NCBI GenBank assembly: GCA_043228905.1
Contig: JBHGNT010000001.1
Coordinates: forward strand, 20,274,001-20,338,000
Direction of reading: 5' to 3'
From: Azolla caroliniana
Lineage: Eukaryota; Plantae; Polypodiophyta
Length of the DNA: 64,000 bases
Part shown: in pieces, positions 13,989 to 28,223 of the stretch
How positions within the stretch are numbered: position 1 is the stretch's first letter
Layout of the letters: each line of letters starts with the position of its first letter
Program-made: the position numbers and the translations under genes
Notes under the pieces: generated by a model
What the model was told of the DNA's origin: nothing
The model's input: only the letters and a program-made list of their open reading frames with translations
Databases searched by the model: none

Positions 13989-16686
13989 ATGATTCATCAT
14001 CTTCTTCACCATCATCAACAAGCACCTCCTCCTCCTGCTGATGGTGATGGCATCACCCCCGCCGTTGGATCTGATCATCATCATCTCTGTCACAAACGAC
14101 GGCGCAGACCCGCGGGCACCCCTGGTAATTAATTACCTACTTATGAACTCTAACCCCTACTAAACATGTCGCCTCATTATGGAAATGAAATGCATTCCCC
14201 TGTACCTATTTATTTGTATGAAAGCAGCTAGCAGTATTGATTCCCCACTTGCGTATATCCCTGATTATTGTTGCCTTAATTCAGATCCTGATGCTGAAGT
14301 TGTCGTCCTTTCTCCGAAGACGTTGATGGAATCAGACAGGTATGTTTGCGAGATCTGCAATCAAGGCTTCCAGAGAGACCAGAACCTGCAGATGCACAGG
14401 CGGCGCCACAAGGTCCCATGGAAGCTCCTCAAGAGATCATCATCATCATCATCATCATCCGAGGTTTCCGCTAATAATAGTAGTAAGTTCAATAATAACA
14501 GCAATGGGAATGCTGATCTGAATTCTGTAATGCCGCCGCCCCGGAAGCGTGTGTACGTGTGTCCTGAGCCAAGTTGCCTGCACCACGATCCGTGTCATGC
14601 ACTGGGCGATCTAGTGGGTATCAAGAAGCACTACAGGAGGAAACACAGCCGCGTGAAGCAGTGGGAGTGCGACAAGTGCGACAAAGCTTACGCCGTCCAA
14701 TCCGACTACAAGGCGCACCTCAAGACTTGTGGAACCCGGGGCCACTGCTGCGACTGTGGCCGAGTCTTCTCCCGGTACGTGCCTCCAAACTCCAAATTCA
14801 CTCTAAGATCTCTTCATTCTCTTGCTACCAAACTAACTGGATAGTTTCAACCAGTCATGTGATATCTATCTATCATTAATAATTATAGAAGGTCACACAC
14901 ACACACACACTAATTCCCTCTCCACTTAAAATCAATCCGGACCGCACAAATCCTTACTTGCGCGCTTGCTTAATCATCACAGCACACAGCAATTGCTTCT
15001 TACTTTACGGCACTTACAACATCTTCCTAATAATAATAATTGGTTGTCCTTTAAACAAGTGTGGAGAGCTTCATCGAGCATCAGGACACGTGTAGCCACG
15101 CTGGTGCCACGTCAGCAAAATCCGGCGCGGCTCCTGCCACGTCAGGCCCTCCTCCGCCACCGTCGACCGCTCAGAACGCGCTACGAACGATCATGAATAA
15201 TAAAGGCAATACTAGTAATAATCAAAGTAACAGCAGTAGTAAATCGAATGATTATCGCTCAATCTACATTGCTGCTACCAATAACAGCAGTAGCAATAAT
15301 AACTCAGCTTCTCCGGTTACTTATGGAGTAGGAATGGCATCCTTTGAACCGGAGCTTCAGCAATTACTGTCGCCGACCTCTACAACTTATGCCGCCCCCA
15401 TCACTATTACTACTGCTAGAAATAGCAACAGCAATGCAATCAACACCCCCCGAACTCAGGTTAGTCACAATCACAATAATAAGAATCTTCTTCTTCTAGA
15501 CCTGGATCTCAATCATAACCACCTTGATCATCATCATCATAATATTAATAATACTAGCCACATAAATATCCCATCCCATCATGCTTATCAGCCCCATATG
15601 AACGTAAAGAGCTCATCTCCTACTCATTACTACAACGTCCATGTTAACAATGACCATGGGGCTACTACATTGGGCAGCCATAGTAATGCCGCCATTCATG
15701 GTCCTAAAACTGAGCATAATAATGGTAGTATGATTGGTGCTAATTCAATCTCCAAGTCTGATGTTAGCCATCATCATCATCATCGTCATCACAATATCCA
15801 TGATCAGTTCCTCAACCAGTCGAAGGCGGTTAACCCTAATGAGGAGGACATGATTGGCATCATCAACAATGGGGCTGCTATCCACAATAACCAGGAGAGA
15901 CATAACGAGCAGTTATTAATAGCGGGAGGAGGTGGGCTAGTGCCAACTGCTAGCCCAGCACTGCTCGATCTGTCCATTGGTTTATTGTGCAACGAAGAAG
16001 ATTACAAAGCATTATTTAGTAAGAATCCAGAGGCCAAGGGAGTGAGGAAGTATGGAGGAGGATTGAAAGAGTTGGATGCAGATCAAGAAGAGGAGGAGGA
16101 AGAGGAGGAAGAGGAAGAGGAAAGGATTGAGAGGAATGGGGGGGTGGTGATTGGAGGAGGGGGGTCGGAAGAAGCGATGAAGAAGAAGGAGGAGGAGGAG
16201 GAGGAGGAGGAGGAGGAGGAGAAGAAGAAGGAGGGGGTGGAGAGATTAATGAAGGAGGCGGAAGAGGAAATGAAGAAGGCCAGGAGCGAGAGAGCGGAGG
16301 CTGAGAGGGCGTGGGGTGAGGCGAGGCAGGAGGTGGAGAGGGCCATGAAGATGAAAGAGGCGTACGCCCACCTCATCCTCCGCCACAGCCACACTTATTT
16401 AGCAGTAGCGGAGGAGGAGGAGGAGGAGGAGGAGCAGCAGCAGCAGCAGCAGCATCTCATCATCTCTACTCCTACGACTACTACTCCTACTACTATTACT
16501 ACCTCCGCCGAGAAGCAGCACCTGCAGAACAGCAGCAGCAGCATCATCGCCTCTGATGGTAGCGACGCCGACGACGTCTCTCTCCGCATCATCAGCCGCA
16601 GCCGCAGCCGCAGCCTTCTTCTTCGCTGCCCCACGTGTAATCAACCGCGGCAGATGATCGCTCACACAAGACGACGACAGCAGTAA
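13989..16686 (+). CDS. IDD: INDETERMINATE DOMAIN C2H2/C2HC zinc-finger transcription factor, IDD14/15/16 (SHOOT GRAVITROPISM5 / LPA1) clade; exons 13989-14124, 14285-14774, 15060-16686; 750 aa
   Basis: Spliced product contains KRRRRPAGTP-DPDAEVVVLSPKTLMESDRYVCEICNQGFQRDQNLQMHRRRHKVPWKLLKR, VCPEPSCLHHDPCHALGDLVGIKKH, CDKCDKAYAVQSDYKAHLKTCGTRGHCCDCGRVFSR-VESFIEHQDTC. Both GT-AG introns sit at the usual IDD positions. Spliced length is 2253 nt, in frame. C-terminus has LDLSIG, a coiled coil and CPTC. Confidence 0.95.
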
Positions 16687-16913
16687 ACCAGAAGTTACCA
16701 TTCATACACACTCCATCCATCGATCCATCCCTTCCTTCCGCCGCCTTGGAAGAGGAGAGAAGAGAAGAAAGGAAGGGAAGGGAATGAATTATATATATAA
16801 CCAACGGATGCCTTCCTTAGCCACAATGCCAATATGCTCGCTGCTAGCTAGCTGCTCTCGGAGGATCTTCGAAAACTCCCAAATATCATTACTCTGCAGC
16901 TTATTATATCTAA

Positions 16914-16918
<5 letters not shown>

Positions 16919-16951
<33 letters not shown>

Positions 16952-17060
16952 TATATATATATATTACCTTGGCGCTGCAACCTCTCTCCCTCGCTTGTGT
17001 GTGTATCTGTGAGCTGGTGGCAACATACATACATACATACATACATACATACATACATAC
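16919..17060. repeat. (AT)n and (CATA)n microsatellites 3' of the IDD gene
   Basis: Read directly from sequence. Confidence 0.9.
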
Positions 17061-18183
17061 ACTATGTAATACCGAGCGAGCAAGCACGTGACAGAATGGA
17101 TTCGCCATATGCGTCCATTTGGGTCCTCGCTCATTTCATTTCATTTGGTTGGATGGAGTTTTGCTTTGCCTTTGTCATATACATACATATGTATATGTAT
17201 CAGTATGTATATTATGTATGTTAGATGGTAGATGGGCACGCCCGCACCCACCCCTAATATATTACACAACACCACTTAATGTACTTCGAACTACACTATA
17301 AAGATGGGATGGGTGGAACATTAACCTATATATATATATATATATATATATATAACCCATTTCCATTTCCATGCCACGATTGTTATTATTGTTATTCATT
17401 GCTTCCTTGTAAACCCCAGCCACAAGCAGCTTAGGATTGCCACCCATTTATTTGCCACGCAGATGCTCTTTTGCTCTATGATCTATCTATGTATGTACTT
17501 GGAATCGAAATGTGATCGGCCTCCTCATTTTACTTCACTCTCTTTTAAATTTAAATCCTACCGATGAGGAACTTGACATTAGAATATAAGAGCTCCACAA
17601 ATTTACATACCTTTGCCCATCATCATGTACGTGTGTTCCATGAGTGCATTGCATAGCATACTAAGGGAGGTTACTAGATAGATATATAGCCTTTCAAACC
17701 ATGGTTCTTGTTTTCCAAATAGGCCGACATACATCCACACGGCTAAAGTAGTTTTCGTCATTCACTAAGTCTTGGCACCTACATGTACATTGAGTTCTCT
17801 TTTGAGTTCAAGTATCCACAACCCCTATTGGAGGAGTCCTTGGAGGGAGGCTCATTCATTATATGTAATACCTCAATCCAGATTCCAAAGTCTATTTAAA
17901 ACGTCTCTTAATTGTGTTTTTCCCCCCCCAAATAACTTCATTAAACAAAATTGTGTTTTTTTGTTGCTACATACTCAATGTCACTCTACTGGTTTATTTC
18001 CGAGCTCTTGTTTGTGTATCACTAACCCAACGAATCAACAATGTCTCAACGGTCTCTCTTCTTTTGGTAAACACACACAATTATATTAACTACATGTGTC
18101 AAAAAACACTACAATGTTACTATGCTATAACATCCATTGATGGGATGCGTTGAAGCACCAATAGGCAAGAAGAATGCCACATT

Positions 18184-18187
<4 letters not shown>

Positions 18188-18235
<48 letters not shown>
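18188..18235. repeat. (GA)n microsatellite; further GA tracts near 18815-18838 and 18953-18977
   Basis: Read directly from sequence. Confidence 0.92.
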
Positions 18236-18240
<5 letters not shown>

Positions 18241-21200
18241 TTGAGGAGAGTTATGGTTGGAGCTTTACCATTGGGGGATGCATTAAAAAAAGAAACATTA
18301 CTAAAGGATCGTGTTTCTTTTGTTCGATGGAATTGGAACATAGTCGGCATCGATTTATTTCATGCCCGATGACATGGATGGTTTGGAGGTGTATATTGTT
18401 TAGTGTGGATGTCTCTAACCGGTTTTTGCACATATGGAGAACAATGAACCAATGCCTCATTTTCAAAATATTTTTGAGTTCTTGAGGTATTGGGGACTAT
18501 GGTTCAATTAGAATGTGCACAATGCCTTCACTTTTGATTCGCAAGTTGGGATGAGGAAATATGTTCTAAAGTTAAAAGGACTTCTTTTGTGGCAATTGAC
18601 AGTGCTAGAAAAGTCACGAAATATCAACCATGAAGAGAGAGAACTCTGCAAGGTCACATATCAACATATTCGCCATTTGAATTGGTGTGTAGGGTGGCCT
18701 TGAGTTTGGAGTCGTAGTATCCTTTAGATCCCTAGACACAAGGGTTCTATACTTTGTAGTTAGTCGTGGTGGTGTTTTTACTTTCGTAATGAAAGTCATT
18801 ATTTACGAAAAAAGGAGAGAGAGAGAGAGAGAGAGAGATTATATTATCGTCTTCGAAGGTCAAATATGACAACCATCACGAGTAGTTAAGCCACATCCAT
18901 CCATCCGAATAGTTTAGCCCAAGTCACCTTGAACATTATGTGCTCCACACATAGAGAGAGAGAGAGAGAGAGAGAGATTATGATACATCTAGCTTACATA
19001 AAGTGACGTAGCTTGGGAGTCACATGATGCCTATGAAGATGAGTTAAGAGAACAACCAAATCATTTTCCATTTCTTGTACCTAGGTACCTTTTGCAAAGG
19101 TAACAATGGATCATCATTCTAATAATACATATTCACTTGCCTATGGTTTAATGTTATGAATCATGATACATACTTTCATCTCTTCTAACACTATTAATAT
19201 ATCAAACTCTTAGCTACAATACACAATGTCAATCACCCCTGAAACAAGCATAGTTCACAACCACAAGTGAATATATATCCTGTGAGGAAGATTGGTTTTC
19301 AGCATATGCACAATTATACCATTGTGAATATTTAATATGCATTCATAATGAGGCATAAATGCTAGGGATTATTCAATAACTAGGAGCAATTCACACTTTT
19401 TCTTTAGGAGTGTCACATGTCACATTATTAGCGGTGCTTGTGTAGTAGAAGTTATGAAGCTAAAGTTAGACTAAAGGTCACTAGTGCTAACTATGGCTTG
19501 TGAGGAGAGGGGATAAGGAGAGATCTCATAATGAATTTGGGTGATTGTTTTAGTTTACTACCTATCCTAGGATTGATCTATTGTAATCAGAATTTTCTGT
19601 TGTAAGGACTATCAAATATTCTTGCACAGTAGCTGTTCACATGTGTTTCTCCTTACTTGGCTCACAATTCTTATATGTTCTACTTGCTTGCATTTTATTG
19701 TAATCCATCTCTTAGTTAATTGCCCTTTACTATTCTACCCACGCATGCATCGATCCATCATGAATCATGGGGACAATGTAAGGCTAGATTTTAAAGAAAT
19801 TATTAGTTATATAGAGGCCATTAAAGCAATTTACCACTATATTATTTTTTCCCAAAAAACAAAGGATACTACATAATACATTAGTATTAAGAAATGGCCT
19901 ACGCAATACATAAAAGATGGTACCTTTCGGTAATGAGCCCTTTTTCTAAATTCTAATCGTCAGCCTAAATAAATATTTCGATTACCTTCAAACATTAAGC
20001 CTTCCAAATATACCAAATTGTGAATTCACCACTATATTTTCATTAATATCCAAGAGGTTAATGGTATATATTTGATACAAACCCATATGTACACTAAAGT
20101 GAATATATCACATCAAGTTCTACCTAAAAATAGATGTAAGGATATATATGTATAAAATGTAACTAGCTACTAATGGAATCTATATTGCCACTTCTTAGGT
20201 CATCTTTGGTATATTTACATGAATATAAATTAAAGTTTCAATCAAGAAAGAAGTCACAAATGTCAAACAAGGGTTAAGCATGTTACAAATGCTTACTATC
20301 AAATGCATATATTACACCTGTTATACAACATTATTAGCAACACTTAAAAAAGGAACAATCTTTGTTAGTGTTGATTTGGAGAAGTGCACCTTAGTTATTT
20401 TCAACATTTATTCAATAAAAATGTAGATCATTTGAACGTGTCAAATTGAAAAGGTTTCCATCGGATGTCGTTGAATATTACATGATCGGAATGATTCCAT
20501 AGCCATAAATATCGTTGTACATTGGCATATGTACTTCAACATAGTGTTTGTAGCCTTTTGGTTTTTGTCAATGTTGTAACATTGAGTGGATCCTTTCCTC
20601 AAGGAACAAAAATCGAATTAGCTAACTCATGGCACAAAATAACCCTCCTTTTAAGACAATAAACATATCACTATGTAGTGAAATGGCTTATAAGGAAAGA
20701 GTGGACAACTTTTGAATGACTTGCATTAAGGATATCTATCTATATATGCGCATGACCAATGAACCCAATACCTTGTTCATGACCCCTAACCATTTGGTCT
20801 TACTGAAACGAAATTGACATACAATATTAGTATTAGGGATCATATGTATGTGACCTATAATAATGTAGTGGCTCATCTTGGAAACATGATCCTCTTTTAA
20901 GTGAACAACAATGAGAGGTATATTAACTAGAGAGAAGTACTAGAAGAGGTTATTTTGCAGCTAGCTCACGACTCTAATAAGCAACAACGACTCTAACAAA
21001 CAACATGAACATGAAAGGAGGAAATAGTTGGAATGAATTTCTTAAGACAAACATTGTAAGATTTTGTCACCAACTAGCTTTAATTATTGATTCAAATAAA
21101 CATACAAAGTTAGATAGAGACGTTGCTATTTGTTTAATGGAGAAGCAACTATATTACATCTTGACGAGGCCCTTCTTTTTGTTCCTATCTTAGATAGTAT

Positions 21201-24200
21201 GAAAAGAATATACATGTGTGTATGTGTATGTAAATTCATGACTCAATCAAAAGAGAAGGCAAAAATTTCATTCATTCTCCTTTTCGTTTTTTGAGAAACT
21301 GGTATATATATATATATCCTATTGAAAGGGTTCACTCATCCAACTAACATACAAACTTTATATAACATTACATATTTTGCATCAAAGATGTCATATGCAT
21401 ATATTTTGTCACTATCTATGGAAAAAAGACAACCCATATCTTTCTAGATCTCATCCATCTCAAAGGAATCACTTTTGTCTCATTGGATAGATAGAACCAA
21501 GATTATCTTCTACTCAAGCAAAAACCATTCAAATTCAACACAACACACCCGTATGGTTCAATAAAGTACCACCAAAATACTTCATCCATCATCATTGTTT
21601 CTCAATAACGTTAAAATCTGGGGGATAGGCTCTTCAACATTATACTTCAAACTTAAGAAAAAGTGATCCAAGTAAGTAAAATAAAAAGTGCATCATGTAC
21701 TTGTAAATAGTTGTGTAGAAATAGTATATCAAAAGAAGACGAAAAAGGAGATGTAGCTCGTGGAGCATATGTCCTATCTAAATCTCTCAGTGCTCACTTT
21801 GCACATGTGTCCTAATGAGCTCACATACATGGAAGAATCGAGTAAAAGTCTTTAACTTAAACTTAGAACAAGTACCTACATCAATCATATTTGTGACTTT
21901 AATCAATGCTTTCCAACTACTTGTTTCAAGTTCCTCTCCCCTTACTCATCAAAGGCTCCACGGAAAACCGTTTCTTTTTTCTTCAATCCATCAAACTATT
22001 TGTCATAATTTTTGACGATGGACTTGTTTTCATGTAAGTGAAGTGAAGTTCATGAAAAACAACCATTCTTTTCTTTTAACCAACTACAATACCAACTAGA
22101 GTATATCTAGTTTCGCCAATAATTTTGAATATGGGCCCAACTTTTTACATAGAAAAATCATAAGAATCTTTTTGTTTTAGAGAAATATGAAAATTTTGCA
22201 TTTGTTTAGATCACGACAAATATTTTAGAATGCTGTAAATCTACAACTTTTAATCTAGTAAAAATACACTAGACCTAATGCTTTCGTGAACCTTGCCTCT
22301 AATATAAGGAAGACAAAATCAAAATGCAATTTGCATGATCTTTCATAATATCAATGATAGGATTAAGATATTCTAAGAGTTCATGTGAAAGTAATAAATT
22401 ATAATACACTTACAATCTTTATGGCTATGGGATATGTAGGTGATGGTTGTGTAATGCCAAAAAATGTCACAAACCTAATTGATAAGCAAACAATGACAAA
22501 GGAGCATAAACGTTTGCATAACTCATGCATGACATGGGAACCTTTGTGTATCGATGTAAGTTATAGTGCTCTGAAAACTTTTATTGCGTAAACGTTGAGG
22601 TTAAGCTAAATTTGTTAGCTGCTAAACTTGAAGATTAGCTAAGTACAAAAATACAAACAAGGTATAGAAATATGAACTTCGGAGAATCTTAATGACACGA
22701 ATGAGAATCTTAATGACATGAAAGTGGAGTGAACAGGAAAAAGATTCTTGAGTTCCTTATATTCATAGTAAATATCAGGCGACATGTTGTATACAACCGT
22801 ATCACGCCTACTATCATTTGTAAACTTTGGCTTTAAGGTCTGAGGATATAAGGCTAACATATAGATATGACCCTATCCTTAGCATTTAAGGTTTACAATT
22901 ACCAAATTCAAGTTACAAATAGGGAAAATAGAAAAGATGCCACAACAATAATACAATCATTTCTAATATTTCATGACAAAAATGTAATATGATATATGCT
23001 CATGCTCACCCAAAGAAAAAAGCCTGTTAAAATATAAGCTTGAAATGAAAGGGGTAGAAAGGCATCTATCATATCTCAAGATTTCCACCAAGAGAAAGTT
23101 AGCCATTACACATACATTTTTAGCGAATTTTCATGAAAATTTCCATTTGCACTATCATTTGATATGTCTTCCTTTTCATGCATGAAAAATAATAATAGGA
23201 AATACAGTGACTACCAATGATTTTCTTGGTATCTAAAGGAAAAAGTTACACACATATATTTCTATTAGATTGTCTTCCTTTTAGAAATGTTTTCCATTTC
23301 TCCCAAGATCAAATTTCAACTCTGGTTCAGCTAGTGTGGACACCTTTCTCCGAAACACCCCCTTTAGATGTCAAACCTTGATTTCCCTAAAGAACCTTCT
23401 TTTGAAAATGCGAAAAAAGTAGTTATGGAGTTCTAAAGTAACTAAAACTTTACTCTTCTTATATATTAAGAGAAATACATACATATATACAAACTAATTT
23501 TGGAATGCAAGTTTCTATATATTGTGAAAATATTGGTGAACATGATTGAATGCCCCATCTTTGTTTTTTTCATGTGGTAGGACCTTTATTTTACAAAAGA
23601 AATAAACTAACTAAATGTATGCATGTCGCATCTTCAAACAACTTTTGGAGGGTTGAATTACTTTGTTAGTTTGCATGCTTGTGGTCCCTACTAAATCCAT
23701 GATATAATAGAGACAAGATAATTGTTCCTATTATGATTAATCAACATTATCTAACATAAATGTTTATTAATAACGCAACAATCTTTACCTTAACTCGTGG
23801 ATTCTTGAATGATCAATTTATTAATTTGAAATGATTGGAGCCCTGGGCCTCAATACTCTTATTGATTTTTTCTTGAGGAGACAACTATTTAGAATGATTG
23901 ATCCAAATCTACAAAAAAGTAGATTGTGGTGGGCATTATTTCTAGGTCGTGGTAGAATCTTTCAAGAAGTTAGTTTTGTCTTATTTCACTACCCTCTTAA
24001 TGAGATCTAGAGTGAACTTTTCAAATCAAGAAGTCTAATCAACTGCACTACATTGATTGACATACTTTTGAAATATGGGATGCAATAAAAGTTTCAACAT
24101 AGAAGCAAAATGCAATAAAGGCATAAATTAAAGGTCAACATGTGCAAGAAACGAAATTATTGTGTAAGAATGCCAACTTCCAATGGAACACATATAAACA

Positions 24201-25956
24201 TAGCATTATTTAGAAATGTATCTAGCCACAATATTGTTTCATGATGCAATAGATATTCTAACCAAAGATCTTTGTTTTATCCATTGGTCTTTATGAACAT
24301 TATGCAAACCCAATCACATTCTTAACATGCAGAATATTCTATGACACATATCCATAATCAAATTACATTTAATTACTTTTAGCTCTATTATAAGCACCAC
24401 AAGTTTGATAGGCCTAGTTCCTTCGGATATGTATACACCAAGGAAGAGATGAAGCAATTAATTTTGTGAGATCATATGTATCAATGCATACTAAAGTAGA
24501 AACTATCATCAACCTAGTTTATTTGTACATATTTTATATACATTGAGGAAGATATGATTTAAATAATTTAGGGATATGTGAATGCATACTAAAGTGGAAG
24601 AAGAGTCTACTAGTGTTAGAAATTGACGGTAAATGTCACTAGCAATCAATGTAGACTTAAGTAATCTCTTTGTTCATTGTTATAATTTGTTGATATCAAC
24701 AAATCATCAACACATCCATGACCAACTCACTCCCAAGTTTTCTCTATGTTTAGAGGAAATACAAATTTGTTATCTACCTTGGGATTGAATGTAAGAATTC
24801 CAAGTTAGTTTCTAGTCACATTTTAACACGTGTAAGTTTTACATAAAGTAGAACACACATTTGCTATTTAGGATTTCTAATTGTAAGACGGAATTTTTGG
24901 AAAAATGAGAGTATAACACCGAAGTTACTAGGAACAATATGAGTAATCATATTGTGTATTCATAGTCATATACACATGTGATAGTTGATTATAGTGTATC
25001 ATAATCGTAAAATGAACATCCATTTAATTCCGTTACTACATACACATGACATTTCATCTTCTACATACACATTTTAGGAACCTTTTGCCCTTCTTAATTC
25101 TTTAAATTATGTATTTGTTGATTTTTTATTTTGAATATATTCCTTTCCATTAAGTTTATGGCATTTCTTACAATAAATATCTTATCATTACGTGGCGATG
25201 ATTAAGCTAACAAAATGGCACCTGTGTGGATCACAATGATCGTTATTAATAAAGACTATTATTAATATCTTGTGATTTTTTTCGCAAGTGCAATAAAATG
25301 CCATTTGTCTTTACTATGAAGTAGGATAAATTTAAGGCAATGATTTCATAATGTCAATTCCAATGATATTAGGTGAAACTAGTTCTATTTCTAAGACATG
25401 ATGAAAGCTCGTTCCTATTTTAAAATGACTTTTATTCTTTCTTCCAATATCGTCATTGTCATAGCCATATACAAAACACTATTGGATAAACAAGCATCAT
25501 GGCATGTGTAGAATGTTGTCTTCATTACATAATCATAGCTTGAGATTGCTATAAAGTTTTACCAAATGTGTTGATATGTGTCAATACTTATAAACAGTGT
25601 TGGGCAAAGTCTCTAGCCCTTACTGGAAAGTTTCCTGCTTCTCATGAATCTAACCGGAATTTTAAAATTTCAATTGGCCACGTTCCTACCAGCGACAATG
25701 TCAACCGGAACATGTTGATTTTTTTTTTGGTTGCATAACAAATAAAAAAAACAATCTAGCACAATACCAAATCAAATCAATCACAAAAATTTGGATCCCA
25801 AAACTAAAGATATATATTTACCAAAAAAATTCGAACTTTATAAACAGAATTCACTTTTCAAACCTTTGTAAACTAGCATTAACAGCATATTAGATCAAAT
25901 TAGATCTAGTATATAGAAAGTTCCAAAACAAAATTGATCATCAAATTTACAAAGTT

Positions 25957-28223
25957 TCAATCTATATCTTCTATGAAGTCCTCGATGTCATCATCATGCT
26001 CATGAGAAGTTTCTGTAAAAATATGACGATATGCCTTGCTTTCTCGCCACAACAAAATGTTGGCACTAAAGTCATGTTCTTCTAGTTCAGGTCCTTCAAT
26101 AGAGATTCGGATCAATGCATCAACCACATTACTTTTTATCCTATTTCTAAACTTATTTTTTATTAGATTTAGGCGACTAAAGCCTCTCTCACATGCTATT
26201 GTAGAAGAACATTGAATTAACCCTATCAATGAAAGCTTTAGAAGTTCGGGTAGCTTTTCTTTCCACACATCATTACAATTTATGATACCCCAAACATCTA
26301 AGAAATCTCTTCCAAGACATTCTGTGGTAACTTGCCTTTTGAAAATTGCATATTCATTATAGAATTTATCATTATCAATTATGGGAGAAAACGCTTTCCC
26401 ATCTATCATTTTTTGAATGCCGTAAAAATTTCCAAGTGTTTTCAACTCATTAAGACCCATAGTTTTTCGTGCTAAAATGCTTGTAGATTCGGTAGAAATG
26501 TTCATTGGTGATAACATTTTTAATGCGGAAAGAGTCACCGAATCTTGAAGCCTCTTTTTTATTGTCTCTATTAATGCCTTATAAAACAAAGTTTAGAATC
26601 GTATGGCTTCAATTAAGTTCTCACCATCAATACTTCTATCCATGAGGATGCTTTTATACATATTACCTTTTATAGCCTCTCTTAAAACTGAAAGCATTTA
26701 TTTTTCTCTACCATTTCTGGAATAATTGGATAATTATAGCTATCCTTCTCAAAACCATTGAGATCCATCATAACATGATGTAGAAATTGTTCTTCTATCT
26801 CCCCAATGGCTATCATTGCCAAACCTCTGATGCATGTCACATCCACATATTCCTTTTGGAATTCCATACTTAACGTAGACATGATCTTAAGTACATATGC
26901 AAGGAAGTGAAACATATACACTACTTTGAAGTTTCTTAAACTTAAGAATACATTGTATGCATCACTTTGCAATCACAAAGTCTTCATCAAGGGTTCATAC
27001 ACATCACATACCCTCATGATAGCACCATGCCGACTAAGCCATCGTGTCTTCACAATCCCAAGAATATGCAAATGTGTGTATTCTAATGTATCTTGCATCT
27101 TAGTTAATTCACCTTGGCACATTGAGCTCCTCGAGAAATGTGCAACCACCCGATTCACAAGGGCATCTAATTGCTTGCATGTTTCTTTGACTTCAATGTT
27201 CTTTGAAGCCTCTGGCACACACGTTTGTTCGATGTGCACAACAATGTAATGAAGTCATAAATGGATTATATGACTTCAATCTTGTAGCAACACATGTAGA
27301 CATACCTACCATAACAAATGCTCCATCACTTCCAAATCCCATCATTTTTCTAACATCTAAGTTCCACTTTTTTAACAATGCTAAAATGTTTTTTGTTATT
27401 GTGTTTAATGTACCATCCTCTACTTCAAGTACGACCAAATAAGAGGTTCATACTTGCCTTCCTTCCACAAATGTAGCGTAAAGGATCAAGTTCTTAATTA
27501 CGCTTACATCGGTAGTGTCATCTACCATAAGCCCAAACCAAGGAATTTTCCTCAACTTATCATATATCTCAACTTCAAGGGCCTTGCTAATGTGCAATAT
27601 AAAGCTTGCACATGCCTTATTATCGTTATACATTCGTGGAAGGCCTTCGACACCACATTCTCTTAACAATCGTAAGAGGCTTTCCAATTTTCTAAATGCC
27701 AAATCCTCTTTAGCTATAAAATATGCACATTTAAACAATTTTTCAATTGCTACATCCACACTAGATTTTTTCTTTGATGCACATTTTTCAAGACCATTCT
27801 TGTCTCGTTCTTGTAACAAAATGGCATCTCAATGGGCCACATTTCTTACATGTTCGTCTAATGCAGAAGTCTTAAAGTTTTTGGCACTTGTTTTGCCAAA
27901 TGAAGATTTACAATGAGGATCACTCCTACAATTACTACACCATAAAAGACCAATTTCAAATCCTCTTGAAGCCACTTAAATTTAGTAAGCCAATCTTCTT
28001 GAAATTTTAGTTTGGCCTTACTAATTCTATTCATCTCATGAAGTAACTCTTGAGAGTGTTGATGGTCCTTTATAGGCTCTTCTAGAGACACATCTTCATT
28101 GAAAGATGACAAGTTTTTCCTAAACCTAGGGATTGTAAAGAGGCTGATTTGCTTTCCTTTGCCTTTCGTATTTTTGTTGTGGGACATACTGTAACAATAA
28201 TGTAGAGAATGTTGGATTAACAT
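25957..28223 (-). pseudogene. hAT transposase (ZNF862/C17orf113-like), frameshifted
   Basis: Consecutive ORF fragments carry GLMVDDTTD, GSDGAFVM, HCCAHRTN, TRWLSR and the dimerisation-domain motif SSTIACERGFS-RLNLIKNKFRNR. Broken into at least six pieces. Confidence 0.9.

Noticed and set aside
14179-14284. ORF-track N-terminus MEMKCIPLYLF... of the zinc-finger ORF
   Set aside because: This is intron 1. The conserved KRRRRPAGTP exon upstream splices in at 14285.
17086-17096. TGACAGAA resembling the start of miR156
   Set aside because: The match ends after 8 nt and no complementary star arm is visible.
16083-17450. Antisense and downstream low-complexity ORFs (poly-S, poly-C, YIYI, MYVC)
   Set aside because: They are shadow frames of the GAG/CAG codon runs and of microsatellites.
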